This document shows positions 50,313 to 63,656 of a stretch of DNA of 64,000 bases, piece by piece (within the stretch, counting starts at the first letter, position 1; the number at the start of each line of letters is the position of its first letter). Source of the stretch: Rhizodiscina lignyota (taxonomy: Eukaryota); NCBI GenBank assembly GCA_010015805.1, contig ML978129.1, positions 1,302,001 to 1,366,000 of the forward strand, written 5' to 3'. The translations under genes and the position numbers were made by a program. The notes beneath the pieces are model-generated. The model saw only the letters and a list, made by a program, of their open reading frames with translations, searched no databases and was not told where the DNA came from.

Positions 50313-52824
50313 ATGAGTTCCAGCTCGCCAGAGGAAGCCTCAGAGATTCGCGGCCAAACATTGACCCCAGTCTCACCAAAGCCCTTGCTGTATCCATCTC
50401 CCACGAACATTCCCATTCTTGAGAAATCAATGGAGCCCGCCTTCGACGACAAGCTGTCCCAACCGGGCGCCGATCTCTCCAACATCCTCCATTACCCTGA
50501 ACCTGTCGCAGCCTACCCAGCTTCGTCAGACTCAGATCCTTATGCTGAACAAGCTGAAGGCGAGGGAAATGGAAAGGGCAATTCTACAACCGCAGCCGAG
50601 GCGGATGCGAACGACGATTATGCGCAAGCGTTAGCTATGGAAGACGAGGAAGTGGGTAATCAGGATACAACAACAACGACTGAATCTATGGCACAACCGA
50701 TCAATTCTCTCGCCCCAGCGCCTAGTGACACTGCGCTTGTTCCCGTCCAACCCGAGAGCACCTCCGCAACTGATCTGAAAGCGCCCGACACCTCTCTTCC
50801 CACTGCTCAAGAGATCTCACAAGCCTCCAAGCCTCCATCCACCGACAATGGCCTTGCTGCCGGTGTCGATTTCCAGGCAATTCTGGATAATCTCACTGCC
50901 AATACGCCCAGTATCATTGCCGATCCCAACGCCGTTTCAGCGTCGACGCCTTCAAATGTACCTCCAACCGCGAACCTCGTCTCGCCCACATCCACACTTG
51001 CTGGCAATCCCAATCTGCCTCCTAGACCTCCACCACAAGCTGGCCAGGTCAACTTCTCTCCCACAGATGACATTCGCAACTACCACAAGATCCCAAGTGC
51101 GGGTTATCGAGCAACGAACATTCCCTCCATAATGACAGGCAGCGCGACAGGTGCCAATGGCCTCCCACCACCGCCAACTGCATCCTTCCAGCAGACGCCA
51201 CAGTCTGCGACCCAACAGAGCCCTGCCGATGCGAACTTCCACCAGCGCGATGACCTTGACGTAGTTATGGAGGATGCAGAGGCACCATGGGGCCAAGAGA
51301 CACAGAAGCTGTATGATGATTTCTTAGTAGCAGAACGAGCCTACGTCACAGAAGGCCAGTGGGATAAGTTTCCTCCGAACTCCCGGTTGTTCATAGGTAA
51401 GTCGTGTTGTGGCACAAGCGAACGCAACAGATTTAACATGGTGTCAGGCAATCTCCCAACCGAGAAAGTGACAAAACGCGATATCTTCCACATATTCTAC
51501 AAGCATGGTCAACTGGCGCAGATTTCCATAAAGCAGGCATACGGTTTCGTGCAGTTCTTGGATGCGGAGTCTTGCTACCGTGCGCTCAGTGCCGAGCAAG
51601 GACAGTCCGTAAGAGGAAGAAAAATGCGTATGTGCTCTTATGCATTGCATTGATGCGGTATAGCTGACTTTTCCCCGTAGATCTAGAGATTTCGAAACCA
51701 CAGCGACCGACCAAGAACCAAGGCGGAGACAGACAACGCCGAAGATCGCGTTCGCCAGACTTCAATCGTGGAGGTGCTGGAGGAAGAGGACCTTCTGGTG
51801 TAGACCGATACACAAGTGGAGGACAGAGCTCTTCACCAAGAGAACGCGACTTTCGTCGCAGAGATGATTATCGGCCAAACCGATCCCCATCCCCACGAGG
51901 TCATCGTGGAGGACGGCGAGACCGTAGCAGGGAGAGGTTTGATGGCCGACGAAAAAGTCGAAGCAGATCGCCTTATGGTCGACGTTACCGAAGCCCGAGT
52001 CCGAAACGTGATGTCGACGATGATCTACCACTGCCAAGGAGAAACCCGAGAGATGTCCCTGACGTCCAAATCCTGGTGTTGGATGACCTTGATCGAAACT
52101 TCATTGCCTACATCGAAAAGGCCTTCCAGGATCGCGGCGTTCGATGTGACGTGTTGCTGCTGAGCCCACGGCTTTCAGAAGCGGCCGTCATACGCCGGCA
52201 GATTCTCGAGGGAGTTCTGGCTGTCTCGAAGCTCACTCAGAACGCCCAGAGAACAGGCAGGATTCCGTTGCAGGTGTTTGATAGGCGAGCTGGCGTGGAC
52301 AATGTCCGCTTCGAAGGTTCGTCCTATATCTTTACATTACGTTGACTGTCGCTAACCCACTTAAAGAATACCAAGACCTCGAGCCTGGTGTAGTCGCCGA
52401 ACTAGTCCTCCGCGCAAAGCAGACCCATGGCGCACAGCAGCCGGCATCCGCTTCATACGGCTTGCCTCCTCCTCCGTCAGCTGGTGGCTATGGTATGCCA
52501 CAGCAAGCCTCATACGGTCTACCACCGGCACAATCACCAAATGCCACACAGATCCTTTCTTCTCTCAACCCACAGGATCTCCAGAAGCTCCTCTCCGCAG
52601 CGGGTATCCAGCAGCCACAGACGCCATCTGTTGCATATCAACAGCAGGGCCCCGTAGGAGGAGGTATTACGCCGGATCTTGCCCGCCTTCTCGCGAGTGC
52701 CGGAGTAAACACGAGCGTTGCCGCGGCCCCTCAGAGCTCGATGCCCCAGCAGGGGAGTTACAGTGGAGGCGGACAGCCAGACATGCAGGAGATCATGGCT
52801 AACCTGGCGAAGTACAAGCGATGA
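50313..52824 (+). CDS. nab3: Nab3-like RRM RNA-binding protein, about 785 aa
   Basis: Exons 50313-51396, 51448-51627, 51681-52316, 52367-52824. EGQWDKFPPNSRLFIGNLPTEKVTKRDIFHIF..ISIKQAYGFVQF..HLEISKPQ (RRM), then an RS/RD-rich region, a VPDVQILVLDDLDRNFI domain and a P/Q-rich tail. Confidence 0.85.
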
Positions 52825-53324
52825 ACGATGGTCTTACGATAAGTTTTGCTTTGATCGGGGTTGGCATTTTGAAGGCCAGTCTGCGGGTACCAAAAGGTTA
52901 AGCCATAGGCAGTATGTAACTATTAAGACGTATGGCAGCTTCAGAAATTACAAGTCATGATCGTTAAACCTGTATGTTCTTAAGACATTCTGCCCCCGAG
53001 TGCATTAAATCAGGCTTCGGAAGCGGGATCTTAAACTTTTGCCCCTGCGTATGTATTAAGCTTTGGTTGGCAGAAGTTAAAATCAATAAAAACCTATTTC
53101 CGCGTGTTGCTTAAGTAGCAACATAAATATTTCTAGCATCCACTCATACGCCGTGTACGGACTTAGCAAAATATCACCGCCAGACGGGTCATAGGCGAGG
53201 TGCACTGGGTTCAAATGAGCGTATGGCTGCATTCATATGCATTACGACTTTGCAGAGTCCTTGTCTGGCCATTATGTGAATCCGATGATAACTTTTGGTT
53301 TACTTGAAGACGTCTATCGTGGTA

Positions 53325-54420
53325 TCATACATCCTTTCTTAGTCCAGCGCCGGCCCACAATACAGGAGCAAGATGCTTGGGCAGATTGAAGCCAAAAAGG
53401 CTTGCGAACCAAAGGATTGTGAGGATTATTACAGGGGAGAGGAGGAGCTCTGTATGGTGGAGGAAGGGAAGGGCTGCAGTGCGTCAGTGGGATGAACTCC
53501 ACGAAGTGGAAAAGGAAAGGGAAAGCTGAGTCGAAACGTACCGTTATAACCAAGGAATGTGATGACGCTGTAGTAGCCAAAGGCGAGCAGGTACAGCGAG
53601 TTGCCGAAGAAGATGGAGACGAAGTAATTCTTCGCGATGATGGGCATGAGGAGGAATTGGATGACGTAGAGGAAGACCCATACAGGAAAGAAGGCGCGGA
53701 TTGATACCTGTAGCATTTTCTGTCAGCATAATCTTCCCGCGTCACTCGTCCAAATATTTGCTTTATGTTCGGCTCACATCGAAGCAGTATCCAAACTCCA
53801 ACTGCTCTCCCTCTCCCGGCTGTACAAACAGTCCCTGCCGTCTTCTTCCCGGTAGTCCAGGGACACCGGGCCCAAGTAGCCGCCCTACCAGGAAGTATGC
53901 GAGCGTTGAGACAAGTAACGATAGCCCGATGAAGTGTACGAATATGAAGACAAGAGTTATCCGTAGTACGCGCGAGAAGCCGTCAGCGTACGCCAGACCC
54001 CAGGCGATGGAGGTGAGTAGCAGGAAGAACGAGAGAAGATATGTGAAGGAAGGATCGGGTCGGTGCCATGTATTCTTCGTTTCTGTGTACAACTTATATC
54101 AGTATGACAGTGTCGACCGACATAAAGTTGGTGGATGATTCTGGCATGGACATACGTTTCTATGGTACGTCAATAATTCGTTCTGTCAAAGTCACAGAGG
54201 GGATACAAACATGGTAGTATATTGATCTGAAGACCTTCTTTGGCGCTATTATTAGGCTCGTCATCTCCCATATAGCCATCTCGAAGTCCATTTGTGGGAA
54301 CTTGAAGAGCCGCTTGAAGAAACGCGGCATGCGGAGGCCTTCGTTACGGTTGCTAGGGAGAGTACCCCCAAAATTCGAGGAGCTGCCATGCTGGCGAGGC
54401 ATGGATATGTGTGGATTCAT
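53325..54420 (-). CDS. GMH1: UNC-50/Gmh1 family Golgi membrane protein, about 277 aa
   Basis: Exons 54420-54211, 54159-54156 (4 nt), 54082-53778, 53707-53542, 53473-53325. Motifs RLFKFPQMDFEMAIWEM..PKKVFRSIYYHKQTKNTWHRPDP, LEFGYCFDV and TFLGYNALPFL. Confidence 0.93.
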
Positions 54421-54948
54421 CGTTCAAGGAGTTGGTCGAAGCAGGAGAGCGCTTTGTTAGGAGGTTGACGAGGAGAGGTGGATTAGGAAACAGGTGTTAG
54501 ACCACCTTTTCTGTGGAGTTTGACCTGTGCTGAGAACGCAGAGAATGGAACAGCATGTATAGTGAACAAAGATCAAGAGGGCAAGTAACAGCGCTTTCCA
54601 AAGCTGTATTTCATGGCAAACGCGCTCGAGGTCGAGGACGTGCAGCTCCCGCGGCGTTAACGTGGAAGTACGGGGTCGCCAAGCCACTTGACGTGACGGG
54701 GATCAAGCTCATCAGATCTTTCCTCGACCGCGGCGCGCTCCTACACTTCACCTTCACTCATCCTGCCCAACATCACCCAACTCTTTAACTTCGACCTCTC
54801 CTCTGTCTTCTTTCTTTCTCTTCCAATTCCTTCCTTATCGACTTTGACACCCCACGCCTCTTTGCTCGTCGAACGACCTCCATCAGCTTTCCTTCGCGCT
54901 TTCACTCCTCCCGGACCTCCTCTGCGCATTGCATCGCGCGCCTCCACC

Positions 54949-57900
54949 ATGGCGGAAACTAACCCAGAGGAGGCATTTCTTCAATCTTTGGGTCAGGGAA
55001 CTGACAATTATGCGGTCAACTCACAGCAGAACGAGGCCGAAGCCGCCGAGTCTGACGAAGACTATGATCCCTCAAACCTTATCACCGACACCACCACCTA
55101 CGACCCACAGACAGCCCCTTCGATCATATCTCCTGTAGTTGAGCAGTCATCGCAGGTGCCATCACGCACGGAGTCGCGAGTGTCAAACACCAAGCCTCTG
55201 CCCGCGCCTGCCCCCAAGCAGCCGCGCATGAGGGGAGGATTTGCGGTCGACGATAGCAGCGATGAAGAGGGGACTCCAGTGACGAGACCAGCAACTACTG
55301 GGTCAAATGGGCATATGAATGTAGCGCAGGCGGCTTCTCAGCCCGCACAGCAACAAACATCTTCTCTTCCGCAAAACTCTGACAATGCTTCTACCACTCC
55401 TCTGCCAGATGTAACAATAAATAACGCTGCACAAGATCAGGGTGTCACAGGTGTTATTTCTCCAACTTCTGCCTCTCTTCAAGTTCCTGCGCCTCCTCCC
55501 GCTGCTGCTGTTCCTTCTATTGACACTGGTGTTAACGCACCAATTGCCAAACCCTCCCAACCTCTTCCATCTCCATCACAAGCAAATGGACCTGCTGCAA
55601 CCCCGACGTCGGCAGTGGCTACTGTGCTGGTAAAAGCACGCCTGCCTAATGACAGGGTCGGCATCCTGGAAGATAGGATCGCTGAGGATCCTCGAGGGGA
55701 CATGGAAGCATGGCTGGAGCTCATCAGCGAGCACAGGAAGCGCAACAAGCTATCTGAAGCTCGTGCTGTCTACGATCGGTTCTTCGAAGTTTTCCCGCAT
55801 GCTGTAAGTGAATTCGAAATGATATTTTTCTGGAACTTACGACGAGACAGGCAGAGCAATGGGTCGCATACGCTAAGATGGAGTCCGATGCCGATGCCTT
55901 CTATCAGCTGGAGCAAATTTTCCAACGCTCCCTTATGAGTGTGCCTCACGTGAAACTATGGTCTACATATCTTGATTATGTTCGTCGCCGCAACAATCTC
56001 ACTACTGACACGTCTGGCAATGCCCGACAAATCGTCTCTCAAGCATTTGAGTTTGTCCTTCAAAATGTCGGCATAGATAGAGACTCTGGTCACATATGGC
56101 AAGATTACATCGACTTCATCAAGTCAGGGCCTGGCACAGTCGGAGGCACAAGTTGGCAGGATCAGCAAAAGATGGACCAGCTGCGCAAGGCGTATCAGCG
56201 AGCTGTAGTGGTTCCGACGCACGCAACGAATACGATTTGGAACGAATACAGCAAGTTTGAGATGGACCTGAACAAGAATACGGTGAGTAGTCTTGGTGAA
56301 CCCTTTGAACGCTTGTGCTGACTACACTCAAGGGTCGCAAATTCTTGCAGGAGAAGTCACCAGCCTTTGTCACCGCGAGGAGCTCGGCAGTCGCAATGGC
56401 AAACTTTACGCGAGAGCTCCAGAGGACAACACTCCCGAAACTGCCCCCAGCGCATGGCTTTGATGGCGACGTCGAATACATGCGACAAGTGGAACTCTGG
56501 AAGCACTGGATCAACTGGGAGAAAGACGACCCTCTCGTTATTAGGGAAGAGGACCCTGCGGCCTACAAGAACCGCCTCGTTTACGTATACAAACACGCCC
56601 TCATGGCTTTGCGCTTCTGGCCGGAGATTTGGTTTGACGCAGCAGAATTTTGTTTCGAGAACGACATCAAGGACGCGAGCGGCAAAGAGCAAAGCAAGGT
56701 CTTTCTTGAGCAGGGCGTTACGGCGAATCCAGAGAGTTTGCTCCTTGCTTTTAAGCAAGCTGACAGCGTCGAGATTGCAATGGCAAATGAAAGTGGTGAC
56801 GGCGCACTCAAGAGACGAGGTGATGCCGTTCGTGAGGTGTACAACAAAGCACTCGATGCTCTGTACGGCCTCGTGAAAAAGACGGATGCACGCAAATCAC
56901 AGGCAATAGCACGAGCCAAGGAGCAGGCGGAGTGGGAGGCAGAAGATGCACCCGAAGTAATGCAGGTAGAAGATGACGATGAGTATCAACCCAATGGCGA
57001 CGCATCGAAGAAGAAAGAGGAAGCTCTCCAAAGGCAGATCGATGCAATCCAGAAGGGAGCTAAGGCCGAGACTGATCTTCTCAAGAAGTTGATCACTTCT
57101 GCATGGGTCGGACTAATGCGTGCTATGCGTCGCATCCAAGGCAAGGGCAAGATTGGTGAAGACATCGGCGGCTCTCGTCAAGTCTTTGCGGATGCCAGAA
57201 AACGAGGCTGGATTACTAGCGAAGTGTATGTGGCAAGTGCTCTCATGGAATACCATTCATACAAGGACCCGGCCGCGACAAGGATCCTAGAGAAAGGCGT
57301 GCGGCTTTATCCTGAAGACGAATACTTTGCCCTCGAATATCTCAAACATCTCATCGCCATCAACGACGTCACGAGTAAGTCATCCCCAACTAATCTTGCT
57401 TGCTTCTTCATTTCTAATATGTACTACAGACGCTCGCGCAGTGTTCGAAACAACAGTCAGCCGCCTCGCTTCCAAGCCTGAAACTCTCGACAAGGCCAAA
57501 CCTCTCTACGCATACTTCCACGAATACGAATCCCAGTATGGCGAGCTCAGCCAAGTGATCAAACTGGAAAAGAGAATGGCCGACCTCTGGCCCTCAGAGC
57601 CCCAAATCCAGCTCTTTGCGCATCGCTTCTCTGCCCCTTCCTTCGATCCAACCTCTGCGCGTCCCATCATTTCCCCCGCAACTCAAGCCAAACCGAAGGC
57701 TTTCGCTATGCCGAGCATCGAAACTACAAAGCCTGCCTCCATCACCAATTCTCCCCGTCAAGCGCTAGCACACTTCGCCGCCACCAGCTCTCCCAAGCGC
57801 CCATTCCCGCACGATGAGAGCGACAATGAGATGCAAAGGCCGCGGAAATTCGCGCGTGAGGAAAGCCCGCTGAAAGGCGCGGCGGGACGCAGGCTTGATG

Positions 57901-58082
57901 CGAGCAGGAGAAACAAGGATGGCAACATTACGCCCATGGTGGCACAGCCTACCTTACCCAGGGACATCATGTTCTTGCTGAGGATCATTCCTGGCGCGGA
58001 CAAGTATGATGTTCTGAAGTTCAGTCCGGAGAGGATGGTGGAGTTGATCAGGAGTCTGGATTTGAGCCGAGTGCAGGTTTGA
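54949..58082 (+). CDS. RNA14: mRNA 3'-end processing factor Rna14/CstF-77 (HAT repeats), about 993 aa
   Basis: Exons 54949-55803, 55851-56282, 56333-57374, 57430-58082. Motifs RLPNDRVGILEDRIAEDPRGD, LWSTYLDYVRR, WQDQQKMDQLRKAYQRA, WINWEKDDPL, MRAMRRIQGKG and YVASALMEY. Confidence 0.95.
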
Positions 58083-58969
58083 GAGGTGGAGAGGTGACGA
58101 GAAATTGAGAGGAGGCGAATTTAGTATGGCGCACGTTTGGGAGTGTTGATTGTGGGGAAGGTGGGGGAGACGATGAGAAAAGTACCCTTGAGGATGTTGA
58201 CTTTGGGTTGGCTTGCTTTAATTGCTCAAGGCTGAGTTCATCTCGATTTTACTGAGGCCAAAGATCATACTGGCCGGGAAGCATTCGGTGGTGTTTTGGG
58301 CGTCTGAGCATAAAATGCTAACCTCTGGAGTTGCAAAGCACATAGGGCGAGCAGTCCCAATCTGTACTATAGACGGCGTGGCATCGAGCCACCACAGCGG
58401 GCGTGGCGGCAGACAGTAGTTCTCACAGGCGCAGACTTGCAATCAAAAGCTTAATATCGACTTTGTTTCCACAATTGAGTATCAAGCGCACGAGGCCGCC
58501 CGAGCCGTGGCAGCGTCTTCAATGGTTAAGCGTGACGCCATACAACAACGCGTCGCGCCTTCCAACCCTTCTCGTCGGCTGGGCGACAGTCACCTGCCTC
58601 AACAAACATCACGCGTTTGTTGTTGCCTGCCGTCCTCAAGTTTAAACTTCCACCACAGCAACACTCTCCTCTCTCCCTCTTCCATACTCTGCCGCCGATA
58701 GCAACCAACTCCGATCTTCGGCCAACCTCAGGGCTTGTTGTTAGTCTATATTAGGCTTTCGACCTTCCCTGATCCTCCTTCTCTTCTACACCTCACTTCC
58801 CTTCCTCTACTTCCTCACTTACCTTTGCCCTTCCCCACTTCCCTTCTCACAACAATCCTCTACCAAGGCTTGATACCTTCGGTCAGCCTTGAACTCTTCC
58901 ACCAATTTCACTTCATTCTGCAAGACCGAAGGCTTGCACTCAGCACACCAGCATCACAACTCCACGGAT

Positions 58970-59533
58970 GTAAGTCGACTTCCGTCTCCACTTTCACTCA
59001 CTCGCCCACTCGCACTGAGATCTTGCCTTGCACAATCTCCGCGCTAAGCCGCTCTCCGCTTTACGCGTTCCAGCGCGCGCGACCTCACTACTTAGTCTTC
59101 TCCTCCCTCCTTCAACCTTTCTTCCTTCAACACCTCACCCCACCTCACAACCCTTCAGCACCTTTACCTTCCTCCAACAACAAGCTCTTGCACAGACGTC
59201 TAACACCTTTCAACAATAGACAGCCACGCCTTCTGCAAGTCAAACGTCTCATAAACAGGCTCAGCTCGACGTGAATCATCAAGATCTTGATTGCCAAGTT
59301 ACTCAGGTAAGAAGCCTTCCGATCTCTTCTCCCTCGCTTAAACTCTTGCTCCTCGTCATATCTGCCATAACACCTTCACTTCTTCAAAGTTGCCACTTGC
59401 CACTTTGATCTCGACCGCGGAGCTTCTTTGCGCTGCGTGTCTCCCCCAAGCTGAACTCTTGTCATCTTACATCCACTTGACTTCTTCATTCAATTACATT
59501 CCCAGACTTGACAGCATTCTAACATCTGAACAG
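58970..59533 (+). other. Two predicted 5'-UTR introns of the Argonaute gene (58970-59219 and 59307-59533)
   Basis: GTAAGT..CTAAC(59200)..TAG and GTAAGA..CTAAC(59519)..CAG, both upstream of ATG 59551. Confidence 0.65.
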
Positions 59534-59550
59534 CAACAAGGTCATTCAAG

Positions 59551-62500
59551 ATGGCTGGTGCTTCTCAGAAGCGCGCCAAGGATGAGGCGAAGAAGAAGTC
59601 GTCTTCCGGCAGCTCTGGTCGTGGTGAGGAGCGCTCCTCCACTCATACCACTGGCAAACACGGTGATTCGACTCCCAATCGTGCCTCTGCTCCTCGCTCT
59701 ACGCCTTCTGGCTCCAATCAGCGCTCCACTCCTCATTCTCTTGGTGCTCGTTACGATGGCAACCGTGACCCTGAGGGCATCAGCTTCACTGGCCCATCCG
59801 GAGGCGAGCGTGATCCGAGTGCCTCTAAGCCGTCGGTTATGCCGCGTGACATTGATATGGGTGTGATGATGTGGGCTGGTGCGCATCAGGTATGTCGCTT
59901 TTCTTTCTTCTCATCTTGATCCTGTCTTTGCACAATTGAACTTTGCAAATGTTTCTGCGAATGGCTTGCACCTGCTTTCGCGTTTCATGATTTATATTTT
60001 GCCCTCAACCAATATCTAGCATGTATGACTTGAGCCTACGTGTCTGCTTTCATCACTTGCAAGCCGATTGCGGCGATGAACGCACTCCATAGTCATCGCC
60101 GCCTGAACTTCATTCCGACATTTGTTTGATCACAGACATTCCATCTATCTTCTTCTATCACTCTGTGTCGTGACCCCATTGAATCATGGAGCTTTTGATA
60201 CTCTTGCTATGTTATTTCGACATCATCACTGACTCTGGACAGCGCGAGAATCCGCAAGGCTTGCCTCGTCGCCCAGCGCAGTTGAACAAGCAAGGCCAAG
60301 AAGTTACCGTCGGCCTCAATTCTTTCAAGGTGACCAAGTTCGGCAGCAAGCCCGTCTATCAGTACGATGTCATGATGCGTGGCAACGACATTGAGAAGCG
60401 CATCGTCATCAAGAAGGTATGGGGCTCCAACGCGGTTACCTCTCGCCTTGGCCAAGGCTGGATCTTCGATGGCAACAAGTTGGCTTGGTAAGTATTCAAT
60501 GCCCTCACTGATAGCCTCCAATTTTCCTGACTTGTTTTAGGTCCTTGAAGAAAGAGGCTCAGGAAGTTCGTATCGATGTCGACTTGGACGCCGAGCGTGC
60601 TGAGCGCGATCCCAGCAAGCCATCGAACGACAAGAACAAGTACAATGTCGCGCTGCGCTACACGAATGCAGTCAAGTTCGAGGTGCTCACCGCATTCTTG
60701 AACGGCAAGACGGATTGGAACAACTCCTGCCTGGAAGCAATCAACTTCTTCGACCACCTCATGCGTCAAACACCTAGCAGCAAGTTCTTCCAGCTTAAGC
60801 GTTCCTTCTTTGCTCAGGGCAATGATCGTCTCAAGCTTGGCGGTGCTGTTGAGGCCTTTAAGGGTGTCTATGCGTCGCTCCGTATCGCATACTATGGTCC
60901 TGGTCTTGGAGCCGGTCTCGCAGTAAATGTTGATGTCGCCAATGGCACCTTCTGGGAGCAATTGCCGCTTGTGCAAGTCATGGGAGCCCTCACGAACTGT
61001 CCTGGAACCGATGCCTTGGCTCGTAACTTCGCAAACTCCACCAAGGATTGGAGGAAGTCGGCTATGTACACGCAGCTCAAGCGTCTTCGCCATGTCCGCG
61101 TCTTCTCGACCCATCGCGGCGTCAATGACGAGTACTGCATTGAGACTATCTTGGGCAAGGATGTCAAGACCTTCGAGTTCAAGCAGAACGAAGGCAGGCC
61201 AGAGGAGAAGACGGTGTCTCTTCAGGACTACTATCGCGGTGCATACAAGATTAATCCGCAACCTGGCCTGCCCATTGTCGAGATGACCAAGAAGGTTGGG
61301 CCCCCAGGAAAGAAGAAGAGTGTGGTCCTCCCGGTCGATGTTCTCCGGATCTTACCAAACCAGCGTTACGCATTCAAGCTGGATGAGAAGCAGACCTCCT
61401 CTATGATCAAATTCGCTGTTTCTCTTCCCCAGGATCGTTGGAAGGGCATCCAGACAGGTGTCAACATGCTTGACAGGAACAAAGATCCTTATCTCCAGAA
61501 TTATGGACTCGAGATCGGCGCTCAGCGCACCGAAGTCAAGGCTCGTGTGCTTCCAACCCCGGACGTCACATTTGCCAATGGCAGCATTCCCGGCACCCAG
61601 GCTGGACAAGGCCGCTGGCGCATCGATGGCAAGAAGTTCGCCACTCCCAATTCCAAGCCAATCAAGGCTTGGGGTGTGTGCGTTATCCAGGATCCTCGTG
61701 AGGCTCCGGACCAGCAGGCTACCGCGGCCTTCTTCAAGCAGTTCGTGAGCATCTACAAGGCCCATGGTGGCCAGTTCGCGAATGAATCCCCAGTCATCCA
61801 GCCCGGACAGTTGAACAAGGGCGGTGAAATGATCACTGACATCTGGAATGCCACCGGTAACAAGAACCAGGCCCGTCCCGAGATTCTCTTCTTCGTCTTG
61901 CCAAAGAAGGATTCCAATGTCTACAAGAATATCAAGAAGAGCTGCGAAGTTCGCTACGGTGTGGTCTCTCAGTGCCTGCAGGCCCGCCATGTCAAGACGA
62001 ACCAGGCCCAGTACATCTCAAATGTCTGCATGAAAGTCAACGCGAAGCTTGGAGGTTCGACTTGCCGTGCTACTAGCAAAGTCATGGCCAAGATTGCTCC
62101 CAACCACGCGAAGATTCCCACCATGGCCATCGGCATCGACGTCTCTCACGCCGCCCCTGGAAGCGACCAAGGTTCCATGGCTGCAATCACGATGTCTCTG
62201 AACGCTGACTTGACTCGTTACGCTGCGCACTGCAACACCAACGGTCACCGTGTGGAGCTGGTGACAAAGACCAACATCCTCGACCTGGAAAACTACGTGA
62301 AGCACTGGGTCTCCACGACTGGCAAAGGCGCCTTGCCTTCTCGCGTCGTCTATTTCCGCGATGGTGTTTCTGAAGGCCAGTATCAGCAGGTCATTACTCA
62401 AGAGGTTGCGGACTTGAAGGAGCTGTTCCACAATATCGACCCCAAGAAGCAGGTTCAATTCACCGTTCTGATCGGCTCAAAGCGTCACCACGTCCGCTTC

Positions 62501-62953
62501 TTCCCCCTTGGCAACGGTGGTGACCGCAACGGCAACCCCAAGCCAGGCACTCTCGTCGAGACCGGTGTCACTCATCCATATGAGTTTGACTTCTACTTGT
62601 GTTCTCATGCGGCCATCAAGGGTACCGCTCGTCCCATGCACTACTATTGCTTGCTGAACGAGGCCGGTATGTCTCCTGAGGAGATCCAGCAGATGCTGTA
62701 TGAGCACTGCTACCAGTATGCTCGTGCGACCACGCCTGTTTCGCAGTTCCCCGCGATCTACTACGCGCATCTGGCATCCAACCGTGCAGTCGCTCATGAG
62801 AACCGCCCGGCTGTCTCTAGCGGCAAGAAGGAAGCTGGAGTCAAGCATGGTCAGACTGCGTCCTCTTCGTCTGACAAGACTCCAACAGAGATTCCGCCCC
62901 TCATGGCACTCAACAACCAGATGGGTATCCGCCTTGCGATGTGGTATATCTAA
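59551..62953 (+). CDS. qde-2: Argonaute, QDE-2/Ago1-type, predicted slicer-competent, about 998 aa
   Basis: Exons 59551-59889, 60243-60487, 60541-62953. N domain WIFDGNKLAW, L1 NVDVANGTFW, PAZ, MID (GVVSQC..QYISNVCMKVNAKLGG), and PIWI with D (GIDVSH), E (HRVEL), D (YFRDGVSEG), H (YYAHLA); C-terminal MWYI. Confidence 0.96.
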
Positions 62954-63656
62954 ACGACTCTCTGACTTCATCTTTTCTGTTCCTGCCCCCTTTGGTCTGC
63001 GACTCTTGGCTCTCTCCTCACCGGTCTCTCTGCAACAAGCTCTGTCTCCAGACTCGTTGCACTCATCACGGACAGGCGCTGAACTGGCGACCTTGTATCC
63101 GTCAATCGACTTTCTCACTTGTTAGTCAGCGCTCCCAAAAAGAGCTGCTGCGTCCACTCTTTTACTCTCTTGGTTTCTGGCATAGCAATGGCGGGCGACA
63201 TACCCCACGGCGTTCGGTGAGGATACTCAGATCTTCTCTTCTCTGTCTGACGGAGGAGGCATTATCTCGAGGGCTTTCTCACTCACCCGATGATTGCTGG
63301 TTTTCCTTTTGCTTCTCTTTCATACTTTCCTCACTTGTGAAAAGGTTGCTTCATCTTCTGCGATCTCGGTCATGGAAGGCAAAAAGCTCCCTGAGCAGGT
63401 GGTTGGAAAGTGGCTCCTCGGGCTCTGGGCAACAAAAATCGGCGACGAAACTCTAAGGCGGCAATGTAAATTAGAAAATCCAAAAAAGCACCCACAGATA
63501 GAAAATACAGATCGGCGTATCTGACTAAATTCTCTTCCCCCTTTATTCTGTTCATGATGTGACTACCACTCTCATTGCACCTGACTTAGGGCTTTCTACA
63601 TGATTGTGATATTGCCTTGCTTGATATCGAACATAATCCTAATCGCCGGGCTTCAT

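Noticed and set aside
54844..54948. TTG-initiated 35-codon N-terminal extension of Rna14
   Set aside because: Pyrimidine-rich leaders often lack stops, and ATG 54949 has a strong CCACCATGG context.
60186..60242. Intronic ATG in frame with Ago exon 2 (MELLILLLCYF..)
   Set aside because: The Leu-rich peptide is explained by the T-rich intron 3' end, and there is no evidence of an internal promoter.
60359..63118. Several long minus-strand ORFs (up to 300 aa) over Argonaute
   Set aside because: These are antisense open frames expected from strong codon bias, and they carry no motifs.
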